Assembly: GCA_965197475.1 (NCBI GenBank)
Contig: CBDANF010000002.1
Location: 128,001 to 192,000 of the forward strand
From: Candidatus Poribacteria bacterium
GTDB lineage: Bacteria > Poribacteria > WGA-4E > WGA-3G
Length of the DNA stretch: 64,000 bases
Direction of reading: 5' to 3'
Shown here: positions 37,425-48,177 of the stretch, piece by piece
How positions within the stretch are numbered: position 1 is the stretch's first letter
Layout of the letters: each line of letters starts with the position of its first letter
Translations under genes and position numbers: made by a program
The notes under the pieces: generated by a model
The model's database searches: none
The model's input: only the letters and a program-made list of their open reading frames with translations
Told to the model about the DNA's origin: nothing

Positions 37425-38378
37425 TTACTCGCCAATGGAAAGTTTCACGATAACGCTATCACCATTCTCACCAGCGTCCTTGACGTGGCAATCGTGGCAT
37501 CCTTGACTCGTAGCAAAGCTGCCACCTTGTGACAGTTCAAACTCATTCGTTTCCGAATTAAGCATGTATTGATCATACTTCCAGCCGTTATGTCCGTTGT
37601 AAGTCATGTCGTCCGTTTTTTCCATCGTTGCAACCGTCATGACAAAGGAATTTGTAGCATCCATGATTTCCTTGACAATCATAGTTCCAACGGGATAGAC
37701 ACCGCCTTCCCGGTTCGCCGTAACACCGGTCTCGTTGATATAAACAATACGGGAGCCCATGCCATGAGCAGCACCGGTTCCCACCGGTTCTGGAAGCCCA
37801 ACAAATTTCCACGACTTGTGTGCTGTTGAGTCAAACACGGGAGGAGACTCATCTTCTTCAATGAGTGGCACAAAAACAAAGTCGTTAGAGGCGTTTGCAT
37901 GGCAATCAACGCATGCTCCCGCGGCCATCTCCGATGTGAGTGTATTTCTCATCATCATATCTACCGCTGTTGCTGAAGGCGGACCTGTTACACCGTATAC
38001 CCAACCGCTATTATCTGTGCCATCGGTTTTCGTCATCGTTGAGATCTGCGAGACAAACGTATTGGTAGTATCCATGGATACCTTGACAATCATAGACCCG
38101 ATAGGGTATTCTTCTGCACTTGTCTTGTTCGCCATAGCAGCGGCTTCGTTGAGATAGATGGTACGGGATCCCAGATCATGAGCATCCCCTTTAAAGTCTA
38201 ACCACGGTCCGTCAAGCATTTTCTGATCTGGCCACGACTTGTACGCATCCATCATTCCCGCATCCATCATTCCCGCATCCATCATTCCCGGATCTAATAC
38301 CTCCTTCGTACGCTCACAAGCAACAAAAGCGATACAACCGATCAAAACGGCAATCAGGACTACTTGAAATTTTAGCAT
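37425..38378 (-). CDS. Lipoprotein with two tandem cytochrome P460-family domains
   Basis: FVA-C; two copies of KSW...AH..GSR..Y.N...YP.G.MIVK...GW.Y...CxxCH (CVDCH, CHDCH); GMMDA repeats. Confidence 0.78.
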   Translation of the reverse strand: MLKFQVVLIAVLIGCIAFVACERTKEVLDPGMMDAGMMDAGMMDAYKSWPDQKMLDGPWLDFKGDAHDLGSRTIYLNEAAAMANKTSAEEYPIGSMIVKVSMDTTNTFVSQISTMTKTDGTDNSGWVYGVTGPPSATAVDMMMRNTLTSEMAAGACVDCHANASNDFVFVPLIEEDESPPVFDSTAHKSWKFVGLPEPVGTGAAHGMGSRIVYINETGVTANREGGVYPVGTMIVKEIMDATNSFVMTVATMEKTDDMTYNGHNGWKYDQYMLNSETNEFELSQGGSFATSQGCHDCHVKDAGENGDSVIVKLSIGE

Positions 38379-38605
38379 TGTTAATGCTCCTTATCTATAG
38401 AATTCTAAAGTTTGAAGAAGAGTTACAAATCTATTTGTGAGACTAAAAGATAAAGCCATTTCACGGTAATTAGTCACTCTTCGGGTTTATGTACTACACA
38501 ACCTTTCTTAATGATACCACAATTGCTATTATTTTTCAAGAATTAATAAGATGTTTATACAAAGGTTGGGGAAACTATAGGAGAGTTGAATAACATTATA
38601 CAGAT

Positions 38606-40222
38606 TTAACGCCTATTTTGATCAGTCTGTAAGATTTTTGAACGAATTTTTAAGATATAGGGATGCTTAGGGGATTGTGAAAACGCTATTTTAATTTCAC
38701 GCCGCGCTTCAGAAGTCCGTTTGAGACGGTAATAGACAAAAGCGAGTGTCGCAATGTGTGTCGGACGTCTATCAATCGCTACAACAGATTCGGCAAGTTT
38801 TAGTGCCTCATCAAGCGATCTGTTTTCCGTTGCGAGTAACGATGCTAATGCATCTTTTGGAAACGGAACATTCGGGGCAAGTCGGATTGCGCGGCGGAAA
38901 TCTGTTTCTGCCGTTCCAGACTCACCCCGTTTTTGGTAAATCTGTCCGCGCCACCAATAACCCGGTGCCTATGTCGGTTCATGCTGAAGCCCCATCGTAA
39001 AAGCATTCTCAGCACCCGCAAGGTCGCCTGATGCCTCGCGGAGATTTGCAAGCTGAGAGTAGGTATCCATAAAGTCCGGTTCATGTTTAATAAGCGTAAG
39101 GAAATGTGATTCCGCTTCAGTACTATTCCCAAATTTTGCTGCTATCATGCCCAAATGTAGCAATGCCTGACGCGAGGTTGGCTCTAACTTCAGCACACGT
39201 TGATATGCTTGCTTAGCAGATGCCAATTCATCTAATTGCATCTGAACGTACGCATAATCTTTCAAGGCAGGAATATATGCCGCATCCGTTTCGAGTGCCT
39301 TCTGTAGCAGTTCCAGAGCGCGCCGCCCCTGCTGCTTTTCAATAAACCGATGTGCCTGACGACGATAGACTTCTGCTAATGTTTGCTTGTAGCGCAAATG
39401 AGCAGCATTAGCACCCTTGTTATCACCGAGTTGCGTAAGCACCTCCGCGAGTGCTTTGTGAAATATCGGCTCGTGTGGTGTTGCTTGGATAGCCTGTTCA
39501 TAAAAACGACGCGCGACTACGGGTTCTCCCCGCCTCGCTGCCACTTCACCTCTACCGAAAGCAGCACTTGCCAAGGCTTTATCTAACACAAGTGCTTCAC
39601 GAAAAACGGCATCCGCCTCGTCAATACGGTTGAGTTTTAACAGAACATGTCCAAGGTTGTTATAGGCAGCTGTTGTCTCTGGAGACAGTTGCACCGCAAC
39701 GATGTAGTAGCGACGTGCCTGCTCCAAATTGTCCCGTTCGGTTTCAATCTGTCCCAAAGCAACATACCACGTAACAGGGGCGTTTTCACCTGCACCTTTG
39801 ACAGCTTTCTGAAACCACTCGTCTGCCGCATCAAGTTGTTTATTGCGATGGTAGGCGGTAGCGAGTTTGGCTTGCACAGTCGGTTCAAAGGTAAAACGAT
39901 CAACCTATGGGAACTCTGAAATCATCTGCAAAGCACGTTGAAAAGCAGCAATCGCACTTGGATAATCCGCCAACTTCGCCGATGCATCGCCTTCTCCAAT
40001 ATGCGCAATCGGGAGTTTAGGCACATCTTTGGCAAGTATCTGATACAAACGACGTGCTTCCGCAAACTTATCTTCTTTAAACGCTTGCTGCGCCTTCTCC
40101 AATTGCTCACGAACCTTTCCAGGATAGGTAGATATATCCCACGGGGAAACATCCCCAAAAACTGATACAGTGAATATCAAAAGAAGAGAACAGACGACTG
40201 TTCGGGGCAGTGCCAAATTCAT
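38606..40222 (-). pseudogene. Secreted TPR protein interrupted by two in-frame TAG codons
   Basis: One frame from 40222 to TAA at 38606, with TAG at 39907-39905 and 38971-38969; TPR sequence continues after each (APGYWWRGQIYQKRG). Confidence 0.85.
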
Positions 40223-40226
40223 TAGA

Positions 40227-41237
40227 TTATTTTGTCGGTTGAATTTTTATTCCTGAAACACGCTTAAGTGCATTTTCTAAGATATACCAAGGCTCGTCTG
40301 CTTTTTGTCTCGTCAACCATTCCTTAAACGCAGTTTCCGCTTTATTCTGACAGATCAACTTGGCAATCTCGTCTTTAACTTCCGAATACTGTTTTTGACG
40401 TGCTGGCGTTTTCTTAACAAGTTCAACAATCCGATATCCCTCTTGAACAGGAAGCGGGCCCTTACGTTCAGTAGGTTGCAATTGCGCTACAATTGTCCCC
40501 AATGCCGTGTCTGTCGTCAGGGTAAAGGAATTAAAACTGATAGACGGATCCGTTTTATAACTCTGCTTAACCTTCTCAAACGTTTCACCTTGCTGTAAGC
40601 GTCCATTGATTTGTTCCATGAGACGTTTGGCGGTCTGCTTCTCTTTTGCTGAACTCTCCGATGGCACGGCTATCACCACAGAACGAAATGTAACGGTAGC
40701 AGCCGTTATAAACTGTGCTTTATTCTTCTCAAAGTATTGCGGTGCTAACTCATCAATCTCTTTGCTATCAACTTTACTGACAAAATTACGCCTAAAATAG
40801 TCATCGTAAATTAAACGATCAGACACCCACTTTTCTAATGCTTCAATTTCTACTTCCTGTTCCTGCCCAACCTTATGGAACGCCGCATCAGAAGGGAATT
40901 TTGCGCGTATCGTTGCGATCTGTTCCGCAATCTGCTTCTTGTGATCAACAGCCGTAATTCCGATCTTTTCAGCTGCCAGCAATACAAATCTGCGACTGAT
41001 AATACGATCTAAATACTTTCGTTTTTCCATCTCAGTCGGTTCACGTGAAAGGGGTTTATCTATAATAATAGCATCAATCCGAAATTCGTTTACAAGTTCA
41101 CTTTGGGTAATTGCTTTTCCATTGACAACCGCAATCACGGAGTCTATTAGAACTTGCGCGTCTGCATTCCCGACAAACAAGAAAAGCAGAAAAGTGATGT
41201 ATTTTGTTGTGTTTGAAAGGTATTTTGGTATCCTCAT
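40227..41237 (-). CDS. SurA/PpiC-type periplasmic chaperone
   Basis: DSVIAVVNGKAITQSEL; GETFEKV; GYRIV; YSEVKDEI. Confidence 0.8.
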   Translation of the reverse strand: MRIPKYLSNTTKYITFLLFLFVGNADAQVLIDSVIAVVNGKAITQSELVNEFRIDAIIIDKPLSREPTEMEKRKYLDRIISRRFVLLAAEKIGITAVDHKKQIAEQIATIRAKFPSDAAFHKVGQEQEVEIEALEKWVSDRLIYDDYFRRNFVSKVDSKEIDELAPQYFEKNKAQFITAATVTFRSVVIAVPSESSAKEKQTAKRLMEQINGRLQQGETFEKVKQSYKTDPSISFNSFTLTTDTALGTIVAQLQPTERKGPLPVQEGYRIVELVKKTPARQKQYSEVKDEIAKLICQNKAETAFKEWLTRQKADEPWYILENALKRVSGIKIQPTK

Positions 41238-41519
41238 GGCTTTGATATGATAACGCAATTTGGTGTTTAATTCAAGATATTTTGTTAGGTGTATCTGGAC
41301 AATGCTAACAATTAACACTTCAGAGAGGAAGCGAAAACTTCAGATTGGTTGTTATAATTTCTCTAACATTTAATTGACATCTGACACTTCAACATGTTAT
41401 GATTATAGTTAAGTTCATGATTGCTTGTACGATGCAATTGGAATTCGCTCCCACTAGAGTGAAAGGAGCTAGATTCAACCTATACTATAAACTTCCTACT
41501 GAGGCATAAGGAATATTTG

Positions 41520-41912
41520 ATGGACAAAATAAAATTGGAAATTCCAAGAATATCAAACGATTCGATAAATCTAACCCTAAAAAATGGCGACCAATTTTTC
41601 ATAGTAGGCCCAAATGGTTCGGGCAAATCCGCGTTGATACATCGAATTGTTTCAATGAATACGGACAAAAAGATTAAGCGCATATCTGCACATAGACAAA
41701 CATGGCTTAGCTCAGGAAGCATTAATTTTACTCCAGAAAGTCGTGAAGCATATGAAAAAACCTCCTTACAATATATCACACGGAATGAAGCTCGCTGGAG
41801 AGATTCCAATGCTGGACAAGATTTATCTGCAATCCTATTTGACTTAGTTGCTAAAGAAAATACTCGTGCCCGTTTAATTGCTCAGCATGTAGACAATCAG
41901 GATTTAGATAAA
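41520..41912 (+). pseudogene. N-terminal fragment of a P-loop (AAA/ABC-type) ATPase cut by an IS
   Basis: Walker A GPNGSGKS and ISAHRQ; ORF runs into the IS TIR at 41913; no continuation after the IS. Confidence 0.8.
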
Positions 41913-42951
41913 AGACATTATAATGAATTAGTTTTAAATTTGTTAACCTCTGTTATACTGACTTATTATTACGATAGGAGGTTAACTCATGACCAATTTT
42001 CAAGATCTCAAGGACAGACCTGATGCGTTTCTGTCCCTCACCGGATATACATTAGAAGAGTTTACAGAACTATTACCTCATTTTTCTTGTTGTTTTTTAG
42101 AATATATGTGAACACATACCCTTGATGGCAAACCACGCAAAAATCGGAGATATAAACCCTATAAAAATAGTCGTTTTGCTTCCCATGAAGATATGTTGCT
42201 ATTATCTTGATTTACCTGCGTGATGCTCCGAAACAAGTTCTATTGGGTGCGCTCTTTGGTATGTCTCAACCACTTGCTAATAAATGGATACACTTGCTTT
42301 TATCGATATTGAACAAAGCATTAGCAAAACTTGAAGAGTTGCCATCTCGGGAAACAGACCCCGCACCTATGTGTGATGCTTGTGAGGTATCAACTCAAAG
42401 TCAAGAAGTAGAACATTTTTTTTCATGATGGCACGGAGCGTCTGATACAGCGTCCAAAAGACCCGTCAACTCAAAAGGCGTATTATAGTGGTAAAAAGAA
42501 ATGCCATACAGTGAAAAATAATCTGATTATCAATGAGACCTGCAAAGTTGTCCTATTGACACCTTCTTTTGAAGGAAGACACCATGACAAACACATAGCC
42601 GATACGGTGGGCTATTGTGTGCCACAGGGAAGCACATTGTCCCAAGATACCGGTTTTCAGGGTTTCGTTCTCCCGGATATAAACATCATTCAACCGAAGA
42701 AAAAACCGAGAGGTAGAGAACGGACGAATGAAGAAAAAGAAAACAATAGAAAGATAGTGTCTATACGCATACGCGTTGAACATGCGATTAGTGGTGTCAA
42801 AAGATGCCGCATTGTCAAAGATAAACTCAGGAATTGGAAGAAAGGGTTTTGTGATTTAGTTATGGAAACTTGTTGTGGTTTACACAACTTCCGACTAAAC
42901 TTCAGACCCTGGCGTTATGAAACTCCTTCTATTTAATTCATTATAATGTCT
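41913..42951. mobile_element. IS5-family (ISL2-like) element with 18-bp perfect TIRs
   Basis: agacattataatgaatta ... taattcattataatgtct. Confidence 0.88.
41989..42936 (+). pseudogene. Degenerate IS5-family transposase (HTH_Tnp_4 + DDE_Tnp_4)
   Basis: FLSLTG...; TGA at 42109; frameshift at about 42200; T7 run then HDGTER; YSGKKK.H; DTGFQG; RIRVEHAI. Confidence 0.85.
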
Positions 42952-42995
42952 ATTGTTATCGGTCCAGTTGGGAAACAGTTCCTACCGCATATTTT

Positions 42996-43050
42996 GTAGC
43001 ACAAACTTTTAGTTTGTGTCGTCCTTGCGCAAACTGAAAGTGGACGCTAC
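42996..43050. repeat. GTAG/CTAC REP pair
   Basis: gtagcacaaacttttagtttgtg ... cgcaaactgaaagtggacgctac. Confidence 0.55.
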
Positions 43051-43246
43051 AGCAGTGTCCAGATAATTACAGATTTTACTATAAGACACCTTACACCTGA
43101 GAGATTTCAATACCTACTGTTGCTGACGAATGAAAATCACAATGAATTGTGCTACAACAACGCTACAAACACAATCTATATCCCGAATCAAAATATCCGT
43201 TTTTGGTAGGGAGTTAGGTTATTCTTTGATGTTGGAGGAAACGAAG

Positions 43247-44046
43247 ATAAAATTTAGAAATAAAAGTAAAGCCATGGTATTTTGGTTAAGTGCCATCATT
43301 TTCACTGTGGCGGGCACCGGTATCACTCATGCTGGTATAATTGACGAGGGCGCAGTTGAAGTTCTCTATCTTTTCGACGAAGGAGAAGGTGAGGTAGCCG
43401 TAGATTCTTCTCTCAATGGTCGGGATGGGGCAATAATCGGTGCGCAATACGCCGAGGGTGTTTTTGGCACCTGCCTACAGTATGATGGAGTAGACGACAA
43501 TCTGATCGTTACCGGTTATGCTGGTGTTGGCGGTGTAGAACCCAGAACAACGCTCTTCTGGTTTAAAGCAGGCGACACAAGACAACATTCATGGGTAAAA
43601 TGGGGACCGAATGTTGTCAGAGAAAAATATTATATCCGGGCACATCCATCAGGTGAACAATGCTTCTTGAGAATTGAAGTTAATGGCGGACAAAATTACG
43701 GAGAAGATGATGTGTGTGATGGCGAGTGGCATCATTAGCACTGGTCTTTCCCGAAGGTGCGGACTCCGTGCAAGACCATGATCTCTATGTTGATGGTAAA
43801 CTTCAAGAAAAGATAGGCAATGATGTAGAAATGAACACGAATGGTGAAGCGCAGGAGATAAACATCGGCGCACGTCTAACGGGGCACAATTTTTTGTTCG
43901 GTCTTCTGGATGAACTCGCTATCTTCAGCGTGGGCTTAGATGCAGATCAAATCAACGCTATTCGTGAGAACGGACTACACAACACGGTAAGTGTTGACCC
44001 ACAAGGAAAATTAGCCACAAGTTGGGCAAAGATTAAGAAGTACTAA
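43247..44046 (+). pseudogene. LamG/concanavalin A-like secreted protein, frameshifted
   Basis: Close paralog of 45661; ATA where the paralog has ATG; 1-nt deletion at about 43735 (WHH/LA); ends VDPQGKLATSWAKIK. Confidence 0.85.
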
Positions 44047-44056
44047 ATTGTTCGTT

Positions 44057-44093
44057 AAATTTCTGAGGCGATTAGTCATCGCCTCAGAAATTT
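44057..44093. terminator. Hairpin between convergent genes
   Basis: aaatttctgaggcgat-tagtc-atcgcctcagaaattt, 16-bp perfect stem. Confidence 0.75.
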
Positions 44094-45301
44094 GATCGAA
44101 ACGCGGGGTACAGCGGCATTTCTCGGACTTCAAGTGGCCATATTGTGCTGAACTTTTCCTGGATTTTTCTCGCTGTCGCTCCAAGTGCTTGCAGATAACT
44201 GTGTTCCTCAGTTAACTGTGTCAACATATCTAAACGGTAGAAAACACGCCTCCGGACAGCGGGCAGCCCCCAATGATTGTAGTTTGGGTCAGTTCTTAAA
44301 GCTTCATAATCGCCGGCTGGTCGATTATTCAAGGAATTGCTAAATACGGCTTTTGGCGGTTCAAAAAATCGGTATATACACCGAATCGTCTCATAAACAC
44401 ACGCCTCTATAAGACGCTGGTAAAACCACTGATCATCTTGCACTTCAGGACAAGTTGTCGCTAGTGCCGCCCGGTACGCATTTTCCATTTCTTTCATTAC
44501 ATAGTCGGGAAACCTTGAAACTTCCGCCCACATATCAAGATGAACACGAATCTGCAACCCATCAACAAGCACATGTTGGTAATGACCAAACTCGTAGTCG
44601 AAAACATAAACTTTCGATTTTGCGGTAGACTGATAGACATTAACGGGGTAAAGATCGCCGTGGGTCAGTCCATGAAAACGATTAGAAGTTTCAAGGAAAC
44701 CCGCGAGTGTTTTTAACTCAGAAAAGGATTCTTGATAGGGAGCAACACCTGCGGCATCGGATATCTCGGTCAATTTTTCAGCATAAACAGAATAGAAGTC
44801 TTCACTTTTCTGTTCAATGGTGACAATCGAATCCCGAATTTTAAGGAACGTCTCCAACTTGCCAATTGAGTGTGCATTGATATTCCCGAGTACCTTGGCA
44901 CATTCAATCACCACTATTTTTGCGGTTTGGCTATCATCAGATGCTAATACTGCCCTCAGATTCTGACCATCACCCATATCTTCCATCACTATGAGGGGAA
45001 CGTTATTTTTTCCTGTATATCCTCCACCGTAAAAACGCGGTGTAGGACAATTTTCACCTATTTGGTCACTAAGGAATTTTAGGCACGTCCATTCAACACG
45101 GATTCTCCGCGCCCGCTTTCGTTTGACGAAGACGCTTTCCGGTATCCCATCGGGTCCCGAAAGAACCCTGAAACGATATAGACATTGAGGATGGATATTC
45201 TCACTCCTATCAAGGCGAACCTCACCACCGAATTTTGTAGAAAGTATCGCCTGAACTGCTGAGTTCACATTTTTGAAAGACGTATTGTTGTGTGTTGCCA
45301 T
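44084..45301 (-). CDS. Aminoglycoside phosphotransferase/kinase-like protein
   Basis: VFVK, IVMEDMG, HGDLYPVN, FDYEFG. Confidence 0.82.
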   Translation of the reverse strand: MATHNNTSFKNVNSAVQAILSTKFGGEVRLDRSENIHPQCLYRFRVLSGPDGIPESVFVKRKRARRIRVEWTCLKFLSDQIGENCPTPRFYGGGYTGKNNVPLIVMEDMGDGQNLRAVLASDDSQTAKIVVIECAKVLGNINAHSIGKLETFLKIRDSIVTIEQKSEDFYSVYAEKLTEISDAAGVAPYQESFSELKTLAGFLETSNRFHGLTHGDLYPVNVYQSTAKSKVYVFDYEFGHYQHVLVDGLQIRVHLDMWAEVSRFPDYVMKEMENAYRAALATTCPEVQDDQWFYQRLIEACVYETIRCIYRFFEPPKAVFSNSLNNRPAGDYEALRTDPNYNHWGLPAVRRRVFYRLDMLTQLTEEHSYLQALGATARKIQEKFSTIWPLEVREMPLYPAFRSNF

Positions 45302-45389
45302 AATAACCGTTCTACGAAGTGTATAATAGGTCTATATTTTACTTTATTTTTGCCTGTAAATCAATCAGAATCACGTCTGTATTTTACAC

Positions 45390-45512
45390 TAACGTGAGCT
45401 CGGCATAAGCAATTTTTAGGAATCGGTGCGGTTAGAAACCGCACCTACCGTGGCTGTGAAAGTAGAATTCAAGCATTAAAAACTTCACATCTCTTACACT
45501 GAGCTCACGTTA
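45390..45512. mobile_element. MITE (123 bp) with internal REP
   Basis: TIRs taacgtgagctc / gagctcacgtta; internal ggtgcggttagaaaccgcacctac. Confidence 0.7.
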
Positions 45513-45660
45513 CACTTGCTTTTTTCTTGTGTTTTCAGGGCAATTTTGCTAAAATAATCTCGTCATAGTTTAGAGAAATATACGGAAAATCTCTGTTTTC
45601 GTATTGAATATACGGTTTAGATTACGGAACTTGTCAGGCTTTACATTGGAGGAAAGAAGA

Positions 45661-46443
45661 ATGAAATTTGGAAGTCAAAGTAGATTCATGATCCTTTCTT
45701 TAAGTATCGTTATTTTCACATTATCGGTCACTGGAATCAGTCATTCTGCAGTGATTGATAAAGATACTATTGAGTTTGCCTATCTCTTTGATGAGGGAAA
45801 AGGCAACGTTGCTAAAGATCTCTCAGGAAATGGTCGAGATGGTGCGATATCTGGTGCTAAATACGTCAAAGGTAAGTTTGGGACTTGCCTGGAATACGAT
45901 GGCGTAGACGATAACTTGATCGTAACCGGTTATGCCGGTGTCGGCGGCACAGTTCCCAGAACAACGGTCTTCTGGCTTAAAGCCAGTGACACAAGAGCTC
46001 ATTCATTGGTGAAATGGGGCCGGATTGATGCTGGAGAAAAATACTACATCCGGGCGCACCCATCAGGCGCAGCGTGCTTCTTACGAGTTGAGGTTACTGG
46101 TGGGCAAAATTACGGGGCAGACGATATGTGTGATGGTGAGTGGCATCATCTGGCAGTAGTCTTTCCCAAAGGTGCAAACTCCGTGCAAGACCATGACCTC
46201 TATGTTGATGGTAAACTTCAAACTAAGGAAGGCACTGATCAAGTGATGAACACGAATGATCAGGCACAAGAGGTGAACATGGGAGCAAAGTTGGGCCACG
46301 AATTTATGTTCGGTTTGTTTGATGAGGTAGCCATCTTCAATGTTGACTTGAGTCAGAGGCAGATTGATGCAATCCGAAAGAACGGATTAGAAGGGGCCCT
46401 CAGTGTAAACCCACTAGGTAAATTAGCCACAAGTTGGGGATGA
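45661..46443 (+). CDS. LamG/concanavalin A-like secreted protein
   Basis: Signal peptide; YLFDEGKG..AKDLSGNG; DGEWHHLAVV; LYVDG; FDEVAIF; SVNPLGKLATSWG. Confidence 0.88.
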   Translation: MKFGSQSRFMILSLSIVIFTLSVTGISHSAVIDKDTIEFAYLFDEGKGNVAKDLSGNGRDGAISGAKYVKGKFGTCLEYDGVDDNLIVTGYAGVGGTVPRTTVFWLKASDTRAHSLVKWGRIDAGEKYYIRAHPSGAACFLRVEVTGGQNYGADDMCDGEWHHLAVVFPKGANSVQDHDLYVDGKLQTKEGTDQVMNTNDQAQEVNMGAKLGHEFMFGLFDEVAIFNVDLSQRQIDAIRKNGLEGALSVNPLGKLATSWG

Positions 46444-46453
46444 TTAAGACATA

Positions 46454-47287
46454 TTAATCCCACAAGTCAAGTCCTAATAGTTTCCGTCCCAAAGGTGTCA
46501 ATTCCGGCGATCCATAGTTTTTTGCTTCCCACCCCCTCGGGTCGCCGGGATAGGGTCCGTGGCCTAATGCTCGCCGCTCCCGCCATAGTGTGAGGCGTTC
46601 TTGACGCCGTTCCTCATTCATCGGGTTAGGCGCACGATAGAAATTCATATATTGTGCCAATCTCGGTTTGTCGGAGGTATTGCGACCGTTGCCGTGCGGA
46701 AGTGCTACATGCCAGATGAGTAGTGAACCTTCCTTCGCTGGCACCTGTATGAATTTTTCCCTATATTTTTCCGGCGTAAGTTCTGGCACCCATGGGTTTT
46801 CTTTGTCAATGAGTGACTTGTGCGCTCCGGGCCAACAGACAAAAGACCCTTGATTGCCGACTGTGTCTCTGAGAAACAAAACACCTTGTGTGCTAAACCT
46901 AACTGGTAGTTTTGAGGTGTCCGCATCCCAATGATACATGCCCTTATGGTCCCACTCAGGATAGTCTGAATGTTTAGGCGGTTTCATGTTGACTCTGTCT
47001 TGGTGAACCCAAATCCGCTCTGTGCCATACACCTCACTATAAATCTGATGAATCGGTGGATGTTGATAAACGCTCCACATCGCTTGATGATGGTACATCT
47101 CTACCATTCCTGCCCCGGGTTTGTGCGGCGCGCGATACCAATCATTCGGGTCCGATGGATCCATCTCCAAAAACGCAAAAATCGCGTCAACAACTGCCTC
47201 ACACAGTTCAATCGGTACAGCATTTTCGATGATCATATAGCCATATTCATCAAAATGTTCGCGGTGTGCCTCTGTTAATATTGCCAT
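46454..47287 (-). CDS. PhyH family dioxygenase
   Basis: FDEYGY, HWD, PGAH, LPHGNGRN...PR. Confidence 0.88.
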   Translation of the reverse strand: MAILTEAHREHFDEYGYMIIENAVPIELCEAVVDAIFAFLEMDPSDPNDWYRAPHKPGAGMVEMYHHQAMWSVYQHPPIHQIYSEVYGTERIWVHQDRVNMKPPKHSDYPEWDHKGMYHWDADTSKLPVRFSTQGVLFLRDTVGNQGSFVCWPGAHKSLIDKENPWVPELTPEKYREKFIQVPAKEGSLLIWHVALPHGNGRNTSDKPRLAQYMNFYRAPNPMNEERRQERLTLWRERRALGHGPYPGDPRGWEAKNYGSPELTPLGRKLLGLDLWD

Positions 47288-47448
47288 TCAATTCCTTTTA
47301 TGTTAGTGTGTTGCTTAAATCATAGTCCAATTCTTCATTTAATTATAACACATCCAATCAAAAAACTTAAGAGAAAGAACAGTGCTTTTATAGTAACAAC
47401 CTCCGAACAGCAATTTCCTCTATAGAAATAACATATTTTTCACGTTAG

Positions 47449-47472
47449 GTAGGCGCGGTTTGAAACCGCGCC
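47449..47472. repeat. GTAG-REP palindrome
   Basis: gtaggcgcggtttgaaaccgcgcc. Confidence 0.65.
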
Positions 47473-47547
47473 TAATAGACAATAGGTGTATGTCGTTATA
47501 CTGTAACTGTCTTTGTGCAATCGCGTTTACCAGGTAATTAACCGCGA

Positions 47548-48006
47548 TTAGTGGTCTTTTGGATCCAGATGGACCCTTGTCATGCCCACGAAGTTCAGGT
47601 AATAGAAAATGGCATCGTTTTTCGGTCCAATGAGATTGTCCTCCGTGTGAGACGCTAACTTCGCTTCCACTAACGTTTCTACGGCTTTTTCTATCTCACT
47701 TTCTGAGATGTCGGTTTCTTCCAATGATTCGGTCTGTAAAGGGTTTTTTCGGAACCATGCAATACAGAGATGTTTCACAACCTTATGAATCCATCCTTGA
47801 AACTGTGTTGGATCTCCCAACGTTTCAAGTTTCTGATAGACTTGCAGGAAGGTCTCCTGCGTTATATCTTCAGCAATATGGAAATCTCTTATTCTCCGCC
47901 AAGCATGCGCGTGAACCTGCTTCTGATATTTTCTAATCAAACTCTCAAAAGCAACCTCATCACCCTCAAGGATGCGTTGGATCAACGTAACATCGTTATT
48001 TTTCAC
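47548..48006 (-). pseudogene. Truncated ECF sigma factor (region 2 only) fused to unrelated sequence
   Basis: GDEVAFESLIRKYQ...AEDITQETFL...FQGWI; no region 4 HTH. Confidence 0.75.
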
Positions 48007-48108
48007 CAGATGCCTCCGCAAGCATATCTTCATTCACTCATATATAATGACGCGAGTTAGACAAAAAAAGGTGCATATTTTTGGAATAGGGTGGATTACG
48101 AAATTTAC

Positions 48109-48137
48109 TTGACATATTTTACGCCTCTACATATAAT
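48109..48137 (+). promoter_or_regulatory. Consensus sigma70 promoter
   Basis: TTGACA-N17-TATAAT. Confidence 0.65.
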
Positions 48138-48177
48138 TTTCAACACAATTCAACAGATATAGTGGAGGAATCTGTCG

